Shown: piece by piece, positions 12,821-25,505 of the stretch
Numbering within the stretch: position 1 is the first letter of the stretch
How the letters are laid out: each line of letters begins with the position of its first letter
NCBI RefSeq assembly: GCF_009834535.1
Contig: NC_045700.1
Location: forward strand, 82,956,001-83,020,000
Direction of reading: 5' to 3'
Source of the DNA: Camelus ferus
Lineage: Eukaryota
DNA length: 64,000 bases
The notes under the pieces: model-generated
What the model was told of the DNA's origin: nothing
What the model saw: the letters and a program-made list of their open reading frames with translations, nothing else
Database searches by the model: none
Made by a program: the position numbers and the translations under genes

Positions 12821-15787
12821 AAAATGTTAGCTGACAGTATTAATGCTAGAATATTAAAATTAACATTAGAAAGACTCATTCACAATTTTTGGTGAACCGT
12901 CTGGGTAAAACGATCTGAAGGTGCCTTGAAAGAGTCAGGTTTTTGCAGACTGGGACTTGTATAAGCATTTAATTGCTGTATTTAATACCTGAACTCTGTA
13001 ATCACTGCTCTCTGTGGCAAAGAAAACGCATCGCTTAAATGTCTGTTTTACTTTTCAAAATAACCATCTTGAATTAGCATTCCTACATGGATAGCCATAC
13101 TGTTAGTTGTAGAATTAAAAGTCAGTGAGGGCTCAACTTGAAACTAAGGCCACATCCCCTAGAATTAACTGGGGACGACTTCAGGGGCACCCAAGTATCT
13201 CTAATGCAGTTCAAGTGTGTCTTCTGTTTCGTCTGAGAGCTGCTTGTTTTACTTTCTATTTGCTCACTAAGAAATTTGTTGGCAGGTTCTGACAAGGATA
13301 GCCCAACACTTGCCAAGAGAAACATGGCAGGAGTCAGTGTGTATTTCCTGCTAAGGAAGAATGCCAGTTTGAGGCAAACAGGAAAACAAGCCTTTCCACT
13401 GGAAGGTGATTTATCAGAATTTGCCTGGGCAGGAAAATTGTTTAAAGATAAGAGAACAGGGTAACAACAGAAAAAAAAAAAAAAATTAAATACATTTTTT
13501 TTTCCATGAATGCCTCTAGGAAGATGAATCTTCTCATTGGTGTCTCAGTATGCTGGAAAGTGTCTAGTATAAACTCTTAGTTGGAATGATTTTATAGGTG
13601 TCTTGCTTAGAGTGAACGAAGGGTCCAATGTGTTGTGAGCCCCTCTGTGAGTGACAATGCCCTCCAAAATTAATCTGGAATGTGAAGGATGGTGTAAAGA
13701 AAAGGTTCTCTTCTCTTGAGCAGAAATACAGCATAGAGAGCGGAAAAGGATTAGCTTCTGTGAACCAGGGCTTCTGTTCCTTTAGCTGTCAGCTCCACTG
13801 GAGAGCTCCAGGCATTCCAAGTCTGGAACATAAAAGCTGTGCTGTGGGCTTCAGGTTCTTTTGTTACTCAGACAGCTGCTAATCGTCCCGCTGCGTTAGG
13901 AGCCAATGAAACAATGCTGTGACATTTAGCTTTCTGACACCCAAGGCATCTAGATCAGTCCCCAATTAAAGATGTATTAATCACAAAGACTCTGAAAGCC
14001 AGGATGATAGATGCGCCCAGTAAATCTTTGAGCCCGCCTTTTACTTTCACCCTCAGGTTTCTACATTTACAGCCAGACATTCTTAAAAGCCTACTCCAGA
14101 AACTGACCAATAAAAAGCCTTGTTCATTACTCTATATCAGATGCTTGNNNNNNNNNNNNNNNNNNNNNNNNNNNNNNNNNNNNNNNNNNNNNNNNNNNNN
14201 NNNNNNNNNNNNNNNNNNNNNNNNNNNNNNNNNNNNNNNNNNNNNNNNNNNNNNNNNNNNNNNNNNNNNNNNNNNNNNNNNNNNNNNNNNNNNNNTTGCC
14301 ACTTGCTACAAGGACACTCAAATCATCTGCGTAGTTTAAAAAAAAGGTGTTAAATAAGCCTAGGAAACTTCAGGGACAAAATACTAATAATACTAATACT
14401 ATAATACTAACAATCTTCTCCAAGTCAGGCCAAATCACCTTCAGGTCACGGCCTCAGTGAGAGTGAGTAAATTATGATTTTGATACCTGGAACAACAGAA
14501 AAGAGCACGTGTTGGATGAAGCCCCTTAAATTCTGCTTTGAGATTTATGTTAATAAAAGTCTCAAAGTCACTTTTTCACACTGGTTTCCATTTCACAAGG
14601 GAAACCAGTTTGAAGAGAGCCTTGATAAATTGTCCATCAGGGATAACGTCCATGCCATTTGCTATGAGTAAGGGACCTGGTAATCAACCCGAAAGCAAAC
14701 AAAGAAAAAATTAAAAAACAAAAGCAGATAGCCTGACTGGTATTCTCATAGAGGCCAAGAATCCAATTTCCTTTTTTCTTCCTTATACATAATTTTCATA
14801 GGAGGCATCTAATTACTAGGATGCAAAACGAAGAGAAAAAGCCTCAACACATGAAGCTCACGTAACCTCAGAAAAGCAACATTACCATTCGGAGTTATTG
14901 CAAATCTTTCAAAATGAGATTCCTATTTTTTTATGTCTGAGGTTAATGGAACCCATAAGAGACAAGTGCAGTATTTGCAAGGTGCCAGGCTGCTGCCAGC
15001 TCAAGGCACTGAATTCCTTGGCTTTCAGTGGACCCCGAGTATATCATGAATAACTCCTTCCCCATCACCATCTCAATGATGGTCTCCCATCTTCCAAGTT
15101 GAAAGATAGGAAGTCAATTAGTGTCACTTATGATGTGAACACCTGTCGACTAAGCCCTGGACTGAGACCAATTCTATTACCATAGTCACTCGATGGCTGC
15201 CAGATGGTCAGGCCTTGGACCATTTATGATGGAGTCCAGATACAAGAAGGTGACCTAAAGACAGAAAGGTCCAGAGTCCCATTAGTCATCTCCTGAGCCA
15301 TCCAATCCCCCATCACATATACAGTTGGAACAGGATACCTATTTTTTGTAATGGTTATTTTAAAAGACCACATAAGCTGCTTTAAAAAAAAAAAAAGTCA
15401 TGGTGACCCTAAATTGAGGTTATAAGCTCCATAAAGGGGAAGCATTTTCACCAGCTATTGTCATTTTTATCTTTCAAACTACTTTTCAGTAACTCAGCTT
15501 TCTATTATTATTGCATTTTGAAACACATAGGCAGAAAAGAGAAAAAAAAACAGAAATGAAAAATATCTGACAAAGAATAAAGTGGAGCATGAAATTAGAG
15601 GCTACAGATTATCACTGTGAGGGGGAGCCAGGCAGAGGAAACATTTCAGTACAATTTTGGTTGCAAATCTACGTGCTGTATGCTACTCGGAGTTTTTCCA
15701 AGTCCAAATGTTGCTTGGCTTTAAGAACAACGGCTCAACACTGAGAAGTGATGGTCTTGGGTGGTATGGCAGAAATGTTACAAGTGG

Positions 15788-15826
15788 TGAGAGAGAGAGA
15801 GGGAGAGAGAGAAAGAGAGAGAGACA
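15788..15826. repeat. Imperfect (GA)n microsatellite
   Basis: gagagagagagagggagagagagaaagagagagagac. Confidence 0.9.
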
Positions 15827-17253
15827 AGAAGACAGCGAATTGAGTGAAGTACTGAGCCTCTCCATCATATTTTCAGTTTGGTTTCACTGTATGGAAGTCT
15901 GGGAACGTTCTGAACACAGAGAATCAAAACATTCAGGGGACAATTTCCAGGAGGCACAGAATGCCAAGGAGCTGGGGTTTAGTGCTACCTAAGGAAGCCT
16001 CTGTTTTATTGGTACCAAAGCTTTCTCACCCGGTTTCTTGCTAGCTAGATACACAAGCACAAAGAAGGGACTGATAAGGGGAGAGAAGAGATACAGAGAC
16101 CTTGGGGTTAAATTACAATCAGCACATTTTGAAAACGCTTCATATACAAATGGTCACCACATGCTAAGCTCTCAAATACTGCAGCCACGAGATGATACTC
16201 TTGCAGGCCTCATAAGTGAAACTCTATCTTTCTGGCAATTCTTTTCAAAGCTATGATGGAGGTTAGAAAAAGGACCATAATTTATGAGAAGGGATTTTAA
16301 GCTTGGGAATTTGCAACCATAGAATTAATTTTTTTTTTTTATTTGGGAGTATCAGCCAGAAACTAAATTGTATGTGCCAGATAGTTTAAACTCCTAGAGG
16401 CATTATAAGACCAAGGCTGAGACAACTGAGATGTTAAATTTTAAAATGTTATTAAGGCCAATAGATGTCTCCAACTGGATCTGTGCTTGACAATTCAAGA
16501 TGACTTTTCTAGTCACAGAGAATAACAAAGGACGTATTAGGAAAGTTATAACTGTTTTAGGACCTGAATTTTTAAACTAGGAGGTTCACAGCCTCTCACT
16601 GGGACCTTTCTAATACAAGTTGCCGAAGTGTATAAAATTCAGTATTTACAAGCTCCACCCAGGAGTCAGTCTGTAAATACGGGAAGGACCTCATTAGGAC
16701 AACGTCTCACCTAGAAACAGTCCCACAGCATCGTCTCTAAAAAAGATGTTGGAGCAGGGCAGTTGTATGGAAGTTATTTTGTGTGTGTACTAGAACAGGA
16801 AGGGAAGAGGAGGTAGAAAGAGTGAAAGCCATCACACAAAGAATGTACACAGTTAAGGTTATACTTTTGAAGAGTTCACAGTGAGATGCTTCTCAAGTTT
16901 CATTCTCCCCAAACAATACATTTTTATATTATAGCAAGATTCCTCAAGTATATTACCAGCCTCTTCTTAATTAGTTGACTGGTTGGCGTTACTGACCAGG
17001 AGGGCTGTGAGCACAACTTAGGCTTTTAAAATCCTATGACCACTGTTCTAGATATAAGAAGACACTCATAATTTTCCCAGGACAAGATTTTGCTGTGTCT
17101 GTCCTACTGGCTTTCTGTGGAAAACAAAGCAACAAGAATCCTGATTACATACTGTAATGACAACCCTACCCCTATTTTAAATGGGGAGGAATGAGATGCT
17201 GTTGGCACCAAGAACTCCCAAGCCTCCAAAAGCATTCTTTAATCTCCTGCAGC

Positions 17254-17455
17254 AGTGTTTTGTTGTTTTCAGTGTACAAGTCTTTCACCTCCTTGAATAA
17301 TTAATTCATAGATATTTTACTGTTTTGGGTGCTATTGTAAATTGAATTTTTTTTCTTAATTTCTTTGTCTTATTGTTCATTGCTAATGTAGAGAAACACA
17401 ACTGACTTTCATCTACATGTACCTGGGACACTTTACAGAATTTGTTTGTTGACTC
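17254..17455 (-). mobile_element. Old L1 ORF2-region fragment
   Basis: cagtgttttgttgttttcagtgtacaagtctttcacctccttg...gctattgtaaattgaattttt...ttcattgctaatgtagagaaacacaactgacttt matches antisense L1 ORF2. Confidence 0.78.
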
Positions 17456-17593
17456 AAAAAAAAAAAAAAAAAAAAAAAAAAAGCATCTTCTTAGAAAGTT
17501 TCCTAAAACTCAAAAAAAAAAAAAGCATCTTCTTAGAAAGTTTCCTAAAACTCAAAAAAAAAAAAAAGCATCTTCTTAGAAAGTTTCCTAAAA
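17453..17593 (+). repeat. Three-copy tandem repeat: ctc-(A)n-gcatcttcttagaaagtttcctaaaa with n = 27, 13, 14
   Basis: Read directly; the three 26-bp non-A parts are identical. Confidence 0.95.
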
Positions 17594-18139
17594 TCTCATT
17601 CTCCTGAAGTCTTGTAGGGTCAGGATGAGGTTCAGTGGGCTTCCATGCAAACAAGGGCTCTAACTGCAACTCTTAGGATCATCTGCAATTTTCAGATTAA
17701 AAAAAAAAAGGCCTTGATTATCTTGGAGTGGAAGGAGCACTGGATGAAGCTTTAGCTAGGTGCGTATTCAAAACCCCTGGCCTGTTTCTATGTGTGCCCC
17801 TGGCTTTGAGAAAGGGACATGCAGGAATCTGCGCTCTCATCCACCTTCACGTTATTATGCTCAAAGTACACACTTAATTATGCTAAAAAATGGAGGGGTT
17901 GATACAGGAGGCAGATTGATAGCTTGCAGTACCTTTTCTAGACAACACCAACTCTCCAGGGAGCCATTGGGAGCCTGCTCTGTTCAGTGCTTGTTCTTAC
18001 CCAAGCCTGTTACACACGCAGCAAACCTGTTGGTGGCAGGTCCCTACTCAGCATGCAGGTCGAAACTGACGTTACACATTTACATCTTGTTTGTAGGCAC
18101 ACGTCACCAACAAAAGGTTCCAAGATAAGAAAAAAAAAA

Positions 18140-18272
18140 TTTTGGGGGGGGTTGGTTAGGTTGGTTGGTTGGTTTATTTGTTTGTTTGTTTAAATGGCGT
18201 TACTGGGGATTGAACTCAGGACCTCATGCATGCGAAGCATGCGTTCTACCACTGAGTTATGCCCTTTTCCTC
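18140..18272 (-). mobile_element. vic-1-like SINE copy 4
   Basis: tactggggattgaactcaggacctcatgcatgcgaagcatgcgttctaccactgagttatgccc. Linker has decayed into (ttgg)n/(tttg)n. Confidence 0.88.
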
Positions 18273-18480
18273 AAGAAATTTTTAAAAATCATCTACCTAC
18301 AGCCTTCATTCAAGAGGCCTTTTTGACCAAACTACCTGAGAACTCCATGTAACCAGATTATCAATTGGAAGATGCCAGGCAAAGAGGAGTGGCCCACCCA
18401 TCCTCTTCTCTCTCTCTCCTCCCTTTCCAAGAGTGATAGCAGATCCCTGTCATTACACCCATAAGCTATTTTAGATAGAT

Positions 18481-18628
18481 TATTTTTTTTAATTTTTAAA
18501 AATTGAAGTATAGTTAGTTACAATGTGTCAATTTCTGGTGTACAGCACAACATTTCAGTCATGCATATATATACATATGTTTGTTTCCATATTCTTTTTC
18601 ATTATAGGTTACTACAAGATATTGAATA
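18481..18628 (-). mobile_element. Short L1 3'-end fragment (same young family)
   Basis: ttgaagtatagttagttacaatgtgtcaatttctggtgtacagc...ttactacaagatattgaata is the reverse complement of the L1 tail at 6200-6330. Confidence 0.88.
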
Positions 18629-21057
18629 CAGATTACGTTTCAGAAAAGAGCCCTTGTGCTTTGTCATAAAGCACATGAAACACAGGAGAGCCACAACAGA
18701 GTTCCTTGAGGGCGGGCTGATCAAATCAGATATAGGTATCTGAATAGGGAAAGAAGGTACTGAATGTAAGAGCTGTTTCCTTAGCCATGTGTCCACTATT
18801 CTGCTGACCATTCAGCCAGATCCCCACAGCACTGTGGATACCAACCTTTACGTGTGGGACCAGATCATTTGTGAGATTCCCGAAGAGAGCCATGATGTTC
18901 GCTAGGCAAGTGATGCCTGGCACCATCTCTCTTGTTCTATTACTATAGTTTGGGGGCAACCTATGGAAATTATTTCATCCTTCTGGCACAGCGAAGGAGG
19001 GAGAAGCGTGTGTGTGCTGGGGTAAAAGGGGACAGTAGGGTAAGACACACTTAAAAAGAAAGAGAGAGTTTTTTTAATACTCATGGATAGAGCTTAGTAA
19101 GGCTTGCTTATCTTGACAGATCAAAGTGTAAATCCTAAAAAGAATCCCCTTGAGACTTTACCTGAAGACAACACACGACATGCCCTCCTACTGTATACCT
19201 GCATGAAAACAGCACCCGAATGCTGAGTTTCAGAGAAGGTTCTGTACAGTGAGGTGACAGAGACCAGCATCTTAATTAGCCCTGCAGATTTACAAGCTCT
19301 CAATGCAGGACTAGTCCTGCAGCACGGCTCTTGGTTTTCCTGGTGTTTCAAGAAAGACTCTTTAAAGACATCAGTATGGGGTTAATGAGAGCTTTGATAA
19401 AAGTTTCTCTGGATCTTTTTATTGACGCTTAGTTGAAAACTGGACCCTGGAGAGTCTCTACTGGCTCCTTGGAGGAGACAGTCATTCATTCTGCCAGCTC
19501 GAGTGACAACTGGACAATTCAGAAGCCTGTCTAGAATCTTTGCTAGCTCTGCACTGCTCATTGCTCATCTCAGCTGGGCACGTATTTTTCAGATCTCTCG
19601 ATGGTTTCTCCATAGGGTGTGAGAGTTGGCCGTAGTGCTCGAAGGAATGAGTACAAATCAGGGCTAAGACTGTCAAGTGTTTAAGGTGAATGCTGGTGAG
19701 CGGATTTCCCTCCTCACAAATGAACATGTGCGTATACTTGTAGAGGACCGAAGGGGAATGCATCAGGAAAAATAGTGCTCTCAGTCCTGGGTGTGCAAAT
19801 AAAACCTCCACTTTCTTAGAGTGAAATATTCACCTCTTTAAAAAGTGCAATCCAATTTTTCCTTACATGCAATGATTAGCACTAGGCTTTACAGACACAC
19901 TGTTTGTCTGTGCTGTTCAGTCAACCTTGAAGCTGGGTGATTTTAATTCCAAAAGTAGGTGCTTTGGGGAAGCTTTCATCTTTTTCTTTTCACCAGAACT
20001 TGTGCCATCTGCTCTGTATACCAATTCATGGACCCTGGTGGTGCCACGCACAAGAAGCTGTCCCCCTGTATACCTACCAGTTTATTTGATTCCTAATTAT
20101 GATCATAATTAGTGAACATAGTTAATAATTACAGGGGTGGCAACAATATAGGATAGAAAATTATTTTATGTATAAAGTTAGAATTGAGAGACTGTTCCCT
20201 TAAAAAAAACTGTACTGCATGTTTCAAAAATGTACATTTCCTAGGCATTAGAACTAAATCAGGAGCCCACGACTAGATCAGAGCTGTTAATGAGAAAACC
20301 ACAGCCCGACTTCTCTGGAGCCTTGTTTAGGCCCATGATGACCCAGGCACGAAAGGACCCTCCAACCAGCTGCTTCTGTCTTAGAGGTCCTAACAATTAC
20401 ATACCAACTGCTAAGGATGCACCAGTAGCTTTTCAGCAACATCTCTCAATGGAATAGCTTTACAGTTTATTCAAAAAATTTTTAAATGTGTCTTTAGAAA
20501 AATTTTTGCCTTATAGACTTCACTAGTTACATCGTGTGCTTTTCCTTTAAATTTCTTAGGAGTAAGGAAAAAGAAAACTATAATTTACTTGAGATCAAAG
20601 GCAAATGAGAAATCATCGTGGGGAGGGAGTGACATTAAAAAGCAGCACAGATGATTATTAAAAAAAAAAAAATGCTGCCAGCATCTAGGAATCATACAAC
20701 AATGCTAAGAATGCATGTTTTCAAGAGAACCAAAACACCGCCTGAGCAGAACAGTCAGCACATTCCATGTTATATATTTAGACCTGAGAGTGACTGGATG
20801 AAGATTTGTGGTACAAGAAAGCAAAAGCATGTTGGAAATCCTAATGATTTTTTTCTTGAAATCTTGTTCATAGAGTCAAAACCTCTAGGAAAAAAGTTGT
20901 CTTGCTAAATGTCAAAATTGTTTCCGACGTGAAATTAACCTAAATGTCAATCCACCCAGTCTTTTGGCCAGAGCAGTCTCTGACAAATGACATGAGCATT
21001 TCAACATCTTCTCAACCTCCTCACTGACTGGTCCTCTTTTGATTTAGTACCCCAGAG

Positions 21058-22336
21058 CAGGGATCGGCAACCTTGCTCTGTAGAGACCTAGATGGTGAGT
21101 ATGTTCACTCTGCAGACGACTGTCTGACCAACTCAGCTCTGCTGTGGTTCCGGGAAAGTAGCCTTAGACAACACACACACAAATGAGTAGGCCCATATTC
21201 CAGTAAAACTTCTTCACGGACACTGAAATTTGAATTTTACGTAATTGCCAAACTTTGCAAAATATTATTTTTTGATTATCTTCAGCCCTTTGGAAATGGA
21301 AAAACACATTCTTAGTGGGTTGGCTCACACAAGGTGGAGAATCANNNNNNNNNNNNNNNNNNNNNNNNNNNNNNNNNNNNNNNNNNNNNNNNNNNNNNNN
21401 NNNNNNNNNNNNNNNNNNNNNNNNNNNNNNNNNNNNNNNNNNNNNNNNNNNNNNNNNNNNNNNNNNNNNNNNNNNNNNNNNNNNNNNNNNNNNNNNNNNN
21501 NNNNNNNNNNNNNNNNNNNNNNNNNNNNNNNNNNNNNNNNNNNNNNNNNNNNNNNNNNNNNNNNNNNNNNNNNNNNNNNNNNNNNNNNNNNNNNNNNNNN
21601 NNNNNGATCCAGCAATCCCAATCTGAAGAAAACTAATTCGAAAAGNNNNNNNNNNNNNNNNNNNNNNNNNNNNNNNNNNNNNNNNNNNNNNNNNNNNNNN
21701 NNNNNNNNNNNNNNNNNNNNNNNNNNNNNNNNNNNNNNNNNNNNNNNNNNNNNNNNNNNNNNNNNNNNNNNNNNNNNNNNNNNNNNNNNNNNNNNNNNNN
21801 NNNNNNNNNNNNNNNNNNNNNNNNNNNNNNNNNNNNNNNNGTGAAGTAAGTCAGACAGAGAAAACAAATATCATATGATGCATATGAGACCAAAAATGAG
21901 ACAAATAAACAGATTCAACATAGAAAACAAACTTATGGTTATCAGGGAGAAAGGGGTAGCGAGGGATAAATTTGGAGTTTAAGAATTGTAGATTTTAACT
22001 ACTGTATGTAACATAGATAAAAAACAAGGTCCTACTGTATAGCACAGGGAACTATATCCAGCACCTTGTAATAGCCTATAGTGAAAAAGAGGATGAAAAG
22101 GAGTATCTGTATGTATAAATGAATCACTATGCTGTACACCAGAAATTCAACACAACATTGTAAANNNNNNNNNNNNNNNNNNNNNNNNNNNNNNNNNNNN
22201 NNNNNNNNNNNNNNNNNNNNNNNNNNNNNNNNNNNNNNNNNNNNNNNNNNNNNNNNNNNNNNNNNNNNNNNNNNNNNNNNNNNNNNNNNNNNNNNNNNNA
22301 AAAACAAAGATTTGGGCCCTGGTTTGCCACCCCCTG
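21058..22336 (+). mobile_element. MER58B hAT-Charlie DNA transposon split by an L1 (left part 21058-21344, right end about 22309-22336)
   Basis: Left TIR cagggatcggcaa; internal ggacactgaaatttgaatttt; right end gatttgggccctggtttgccaccccctg with the complementary TIR. Confidence 0.8.
21345..22299 (+). mobile_element. Young 5'-truncated LINE-1 inserted into a MER58B element
   Basis: DPAIP motif (L1 ORF2 C-terminal region) at 21606. 3' UTR at 21841-22164 is similar to the 5740-6346 copy. Partly hidden by three N blocks. Confidence 0.88.
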
Positions 22337-23561
22337 CTCAAAAGCACCAACAGAAGCCAAGTATCTGTGCCTCTAACACATCAACAGGTATTTCCCCATC
22401 CGCCCTTCCATTTCAAGTTACAGAAATGCTGGGTCCTTCATATCTCATTTGGGTTTGGCAATCCGTTCCCATTCTTGCAATCACCAGGATTGTGCTTTCT
22501 GCTTATTAATTTGCTCTTGAACCACATTTCAGGCCCATCCAACGCAGTCCCTCACCCTTAATTACAGGCCAGAACCACTCCAGAATGACTTTGAACTTCA
22601 TCGCCTTTCCTATCAGGCCAAAGCGGACTTCCTGCTTTCTGGACTTTCTTCCTGTTTCTTTGCACGTTGAGGCATAATTACACAACAGTCCCCTTACCTA
22701 ACAACCGCATGGATCTTAATCTAGTCGGAGGCAGAATTTTATACACTGAAGCTAAAGAAGTTTGCATGGGCCCTTTCCAAAGCTCAGTTCTTCATTTGAT
22801 ATTTGTAATTTTGTAGGTTTTTTCTGAAACCACACAAACATCGTCTAAGCTTCAGACCCACCAAACCCGGCGCCACCACACCTAGGGCACACTAACTAAC
22901 AGAATTGCCCTAAGACGGCTTCCCTTTCTTCCACCATCTCCCTGAAGCCATCCTCTTGCTATCTAGGAGACAGGTAGCAATTAGACCCAGTGGGGATGAG
23001 AATTATCCCGCTCAAACAGCATAATGTGTCTAATTAAAAGACGGCCAAGAAGGAGAGAATGGGGACTTACCAGTTGAGAAGTAAAAGACAGGATGCCTCT
23101 TGTACTTAGCTATTTTCTTTTCTCTACTCATTATTTTGATTTTATTAACTTTATCACTACTTGACAAAGAGATTTCACTGCTTTTACTGTAAATAAGTGT
23201 AAGCGTCAACAGACAGGTGTTGAACATCTGCTCCGCGCTGCGCAGTGGCGTCACAGCCTGGTTCCTGCCACTTCATTGTCGGTGTGGGGTTTTCTTGCAG
23301 CTTTCTTAATTGTCCATCTTAGGGAACAAGGCCAGGGTGACCAGCAGCACCAGTTCATTCTGATGGCAAAGCAACTGGAATTCCTCACAAGAGGCCCCAG
23401 GGGCCTTTTATAACTGCTATCCTCTGAGAACAGAGCTGGGAGCCCGGTGTTCCCAGAACGGAGCGGTGGAACCAAGCAAAGACAGGTCAGCGGTGGAACT
23501 CTGAGAAGCCGGGCATTGCTCTGAAGTCACAAAATCTGTTTTTCAAACACATCGCTAGAGC

Positions 23562-23755
23562 AGAGTTTCTCGATTGTGACAGGAAGGACATTTCAGACCA
23601 GACAGTTCTTTGTTATGGGAGGCTGTCCTGTGCATTATAGGATGTTGAGCAGTATTCCTGGACTTCACCAACTAAATGCAACGGCACTCTCCTTCCTCCC
23701 AGTTTTGACAACCCAAAATATCTTCGGACACTGCCAAAGGTCTGGGGAGGGGTGT
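23562..23755 (+). mobile_element. MER20 hAT element
   Basis: ttctttgttatgggaggctgtcctgtgcattataggatgttgagcagtattcctggacttcaccaactaaatgc...gttttgacaacccaaaatatcttcggacactgccaaa. Confidence 0.85.
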
Positions 23756-25347
23756 GGGGCACCTATACTAGAGGTACAGCCCGGGGGGGGTGGGGGATGG
23801 GGGAGCGGGGCAAGATTCAGATGCATTCTGATAATTCTGCCCAAACATCTTTGGAATGTTTTCCCACTCTTGGAATTTCCCTAGGAGCCAGTTTCTGAAC
23901 ATCATATGGAAATTAAGCCCTACTTTTTCACGACCATTGCTCACGGCGATATGCTCAGAATCAAAGAAGTTTAGAATTAGAAGAGATCTTAGAGATTAGC
24001 TAGGTTCAAATAATTATGTAGTCCACTGAATAGCTGAACTCGTCCAAACCCAGTGTTAAAGACATTTTGTCTCTGGGATACTATAGCTGTGCTAAAGAGA
24101 GACTGAAGACCAGACGTATTTTGTTGTAAAGTACCTAGAACAACATCACATGTGAAATAAAAATCAAAAGTGTTAACAGTTGTTCAGGGTGCAATTTGGG
24201 GTTAGGAGTGAATACCACCTACGGGGGTTCATCGTGATTTGAAACAAACGAAGCAATCCAGAGTACGGTCCAGCCCCAGAGCTGGCCGACTGGTATGGAG
24301 GTTTACGGGGTGCAGAGTAAAAACTGGTTTGGTGATATTATGATCTACTGCTGGCTGCCATCCTGGTATTTTTAGCAAAAAATAGTCACCGTTCTGTTGC
24401 TTGGTCAGGAAAACCTTGTTTCTTTTATACAGCATTTCTCTCTCCTTGTGACACATCCTGTATTCATTTCCCCGAGATGGTCCACTTAAGTAAAAGTAAA
24501 CTGAAGGAAAGTCATCTAGAAAGCAAATCACCCAGCAGTCTGCTTATTCATTTTTCATAAGAATCAAAACCATCTCTGCCTAAACAAAAGCTGGAACTGT
24601 TGCTGGAGGATGGAAGACGGAGGCAGGAAAATTAGAGTTTTCAAGAGAATCTCATTTTGTCCCTTCGGGATTGTAACGGAGGAACGTTAAGTGTAGGGAG
24701 AACATTGTTTTCCTTGTCTGATGTCTTCCCACCAGGACACGTCAGCTGGAGCAACCCCCCCCACTCTCACCCCCTTCTCTCACCTCTCCTTCATGCTCCT
24801 GGCATGGGGTGGGGGTGGGGTGACTTAGGAAGAGAGATGAGGAGAGATTCTACATCCAGATGAGCTCCACCCTCGCAGCTCCCTCGGACCTGCCTCCCTG
24901 CACAGAGCATCCACTTGGGCAACCTGGAAAGCGCAGGCTTTATCCTGGCAGGGAGTCTGCAGTCAGCCAGCCGGGCTGCACTGTCTCCGGGTGACACCCG
25001 GCGAGCGTCACCAGAGCCAGCCCTTTTGGTCACAGATACAAAGCACACATCCTTTCATCAGCTGATTGGCAATAAAGCCGAGACCCCCTTCGTCTTGTTT
25101 TCTGTGTCAAGTGGGTTTGAACTCAGGAGGGGAGGAAAAGGGTGTTATTAACCCCTTAAGACACCAGTTGTAGGATGTAGGTGAAAATGGTTTAAATAAC
25201 ATGTGAGAACCCTGGCCCATTCATACCACATTCCACAACTGCATGATCAAAGCTCAGTTAGACCCCCATCTCCACACTCAGATACTCACAGTCCGGTCTC
25301 ACAAATGGGGAGCTGCCACGTGGGCGACGCAGATGCTATTAATTATC

Positions 25348-25505
25348 TATTTTATTTTATTTGGGGGGGGGGCAGTAATTAGGTTTATTTATTTATTTAT
25401 TTAAATTAATATTTTTAATGGCGATACTGGGGAGTGAACCCAGGACCTCATACAGGCCGAGCACGCACTCAGCTATACTCAGCACCACTGAGCTATGCCG
25501 TCCCT
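25348..25505 (-). mobile_element. vic-1-like SINE copy 5 with a small internal duplication in the A-box region
   Basis: gatactggggagtgaacccaggacctc ... actcagctatactcagcaccactgagctat; G-tract and linker present. Confidence 0.85.

Noticed and set aside
17453-17593. Repeat-spacer-like periodicity resembling a CRISPR array
   Set aside because: The spacers are just poly(A), there are no cas genes, and the DNA is mammalian.
21245-21893. Long ORFs in the track (199, 180, 206, 172, 176 aa etc.)
   Set aside because: Their length comes from N runs translated as X.
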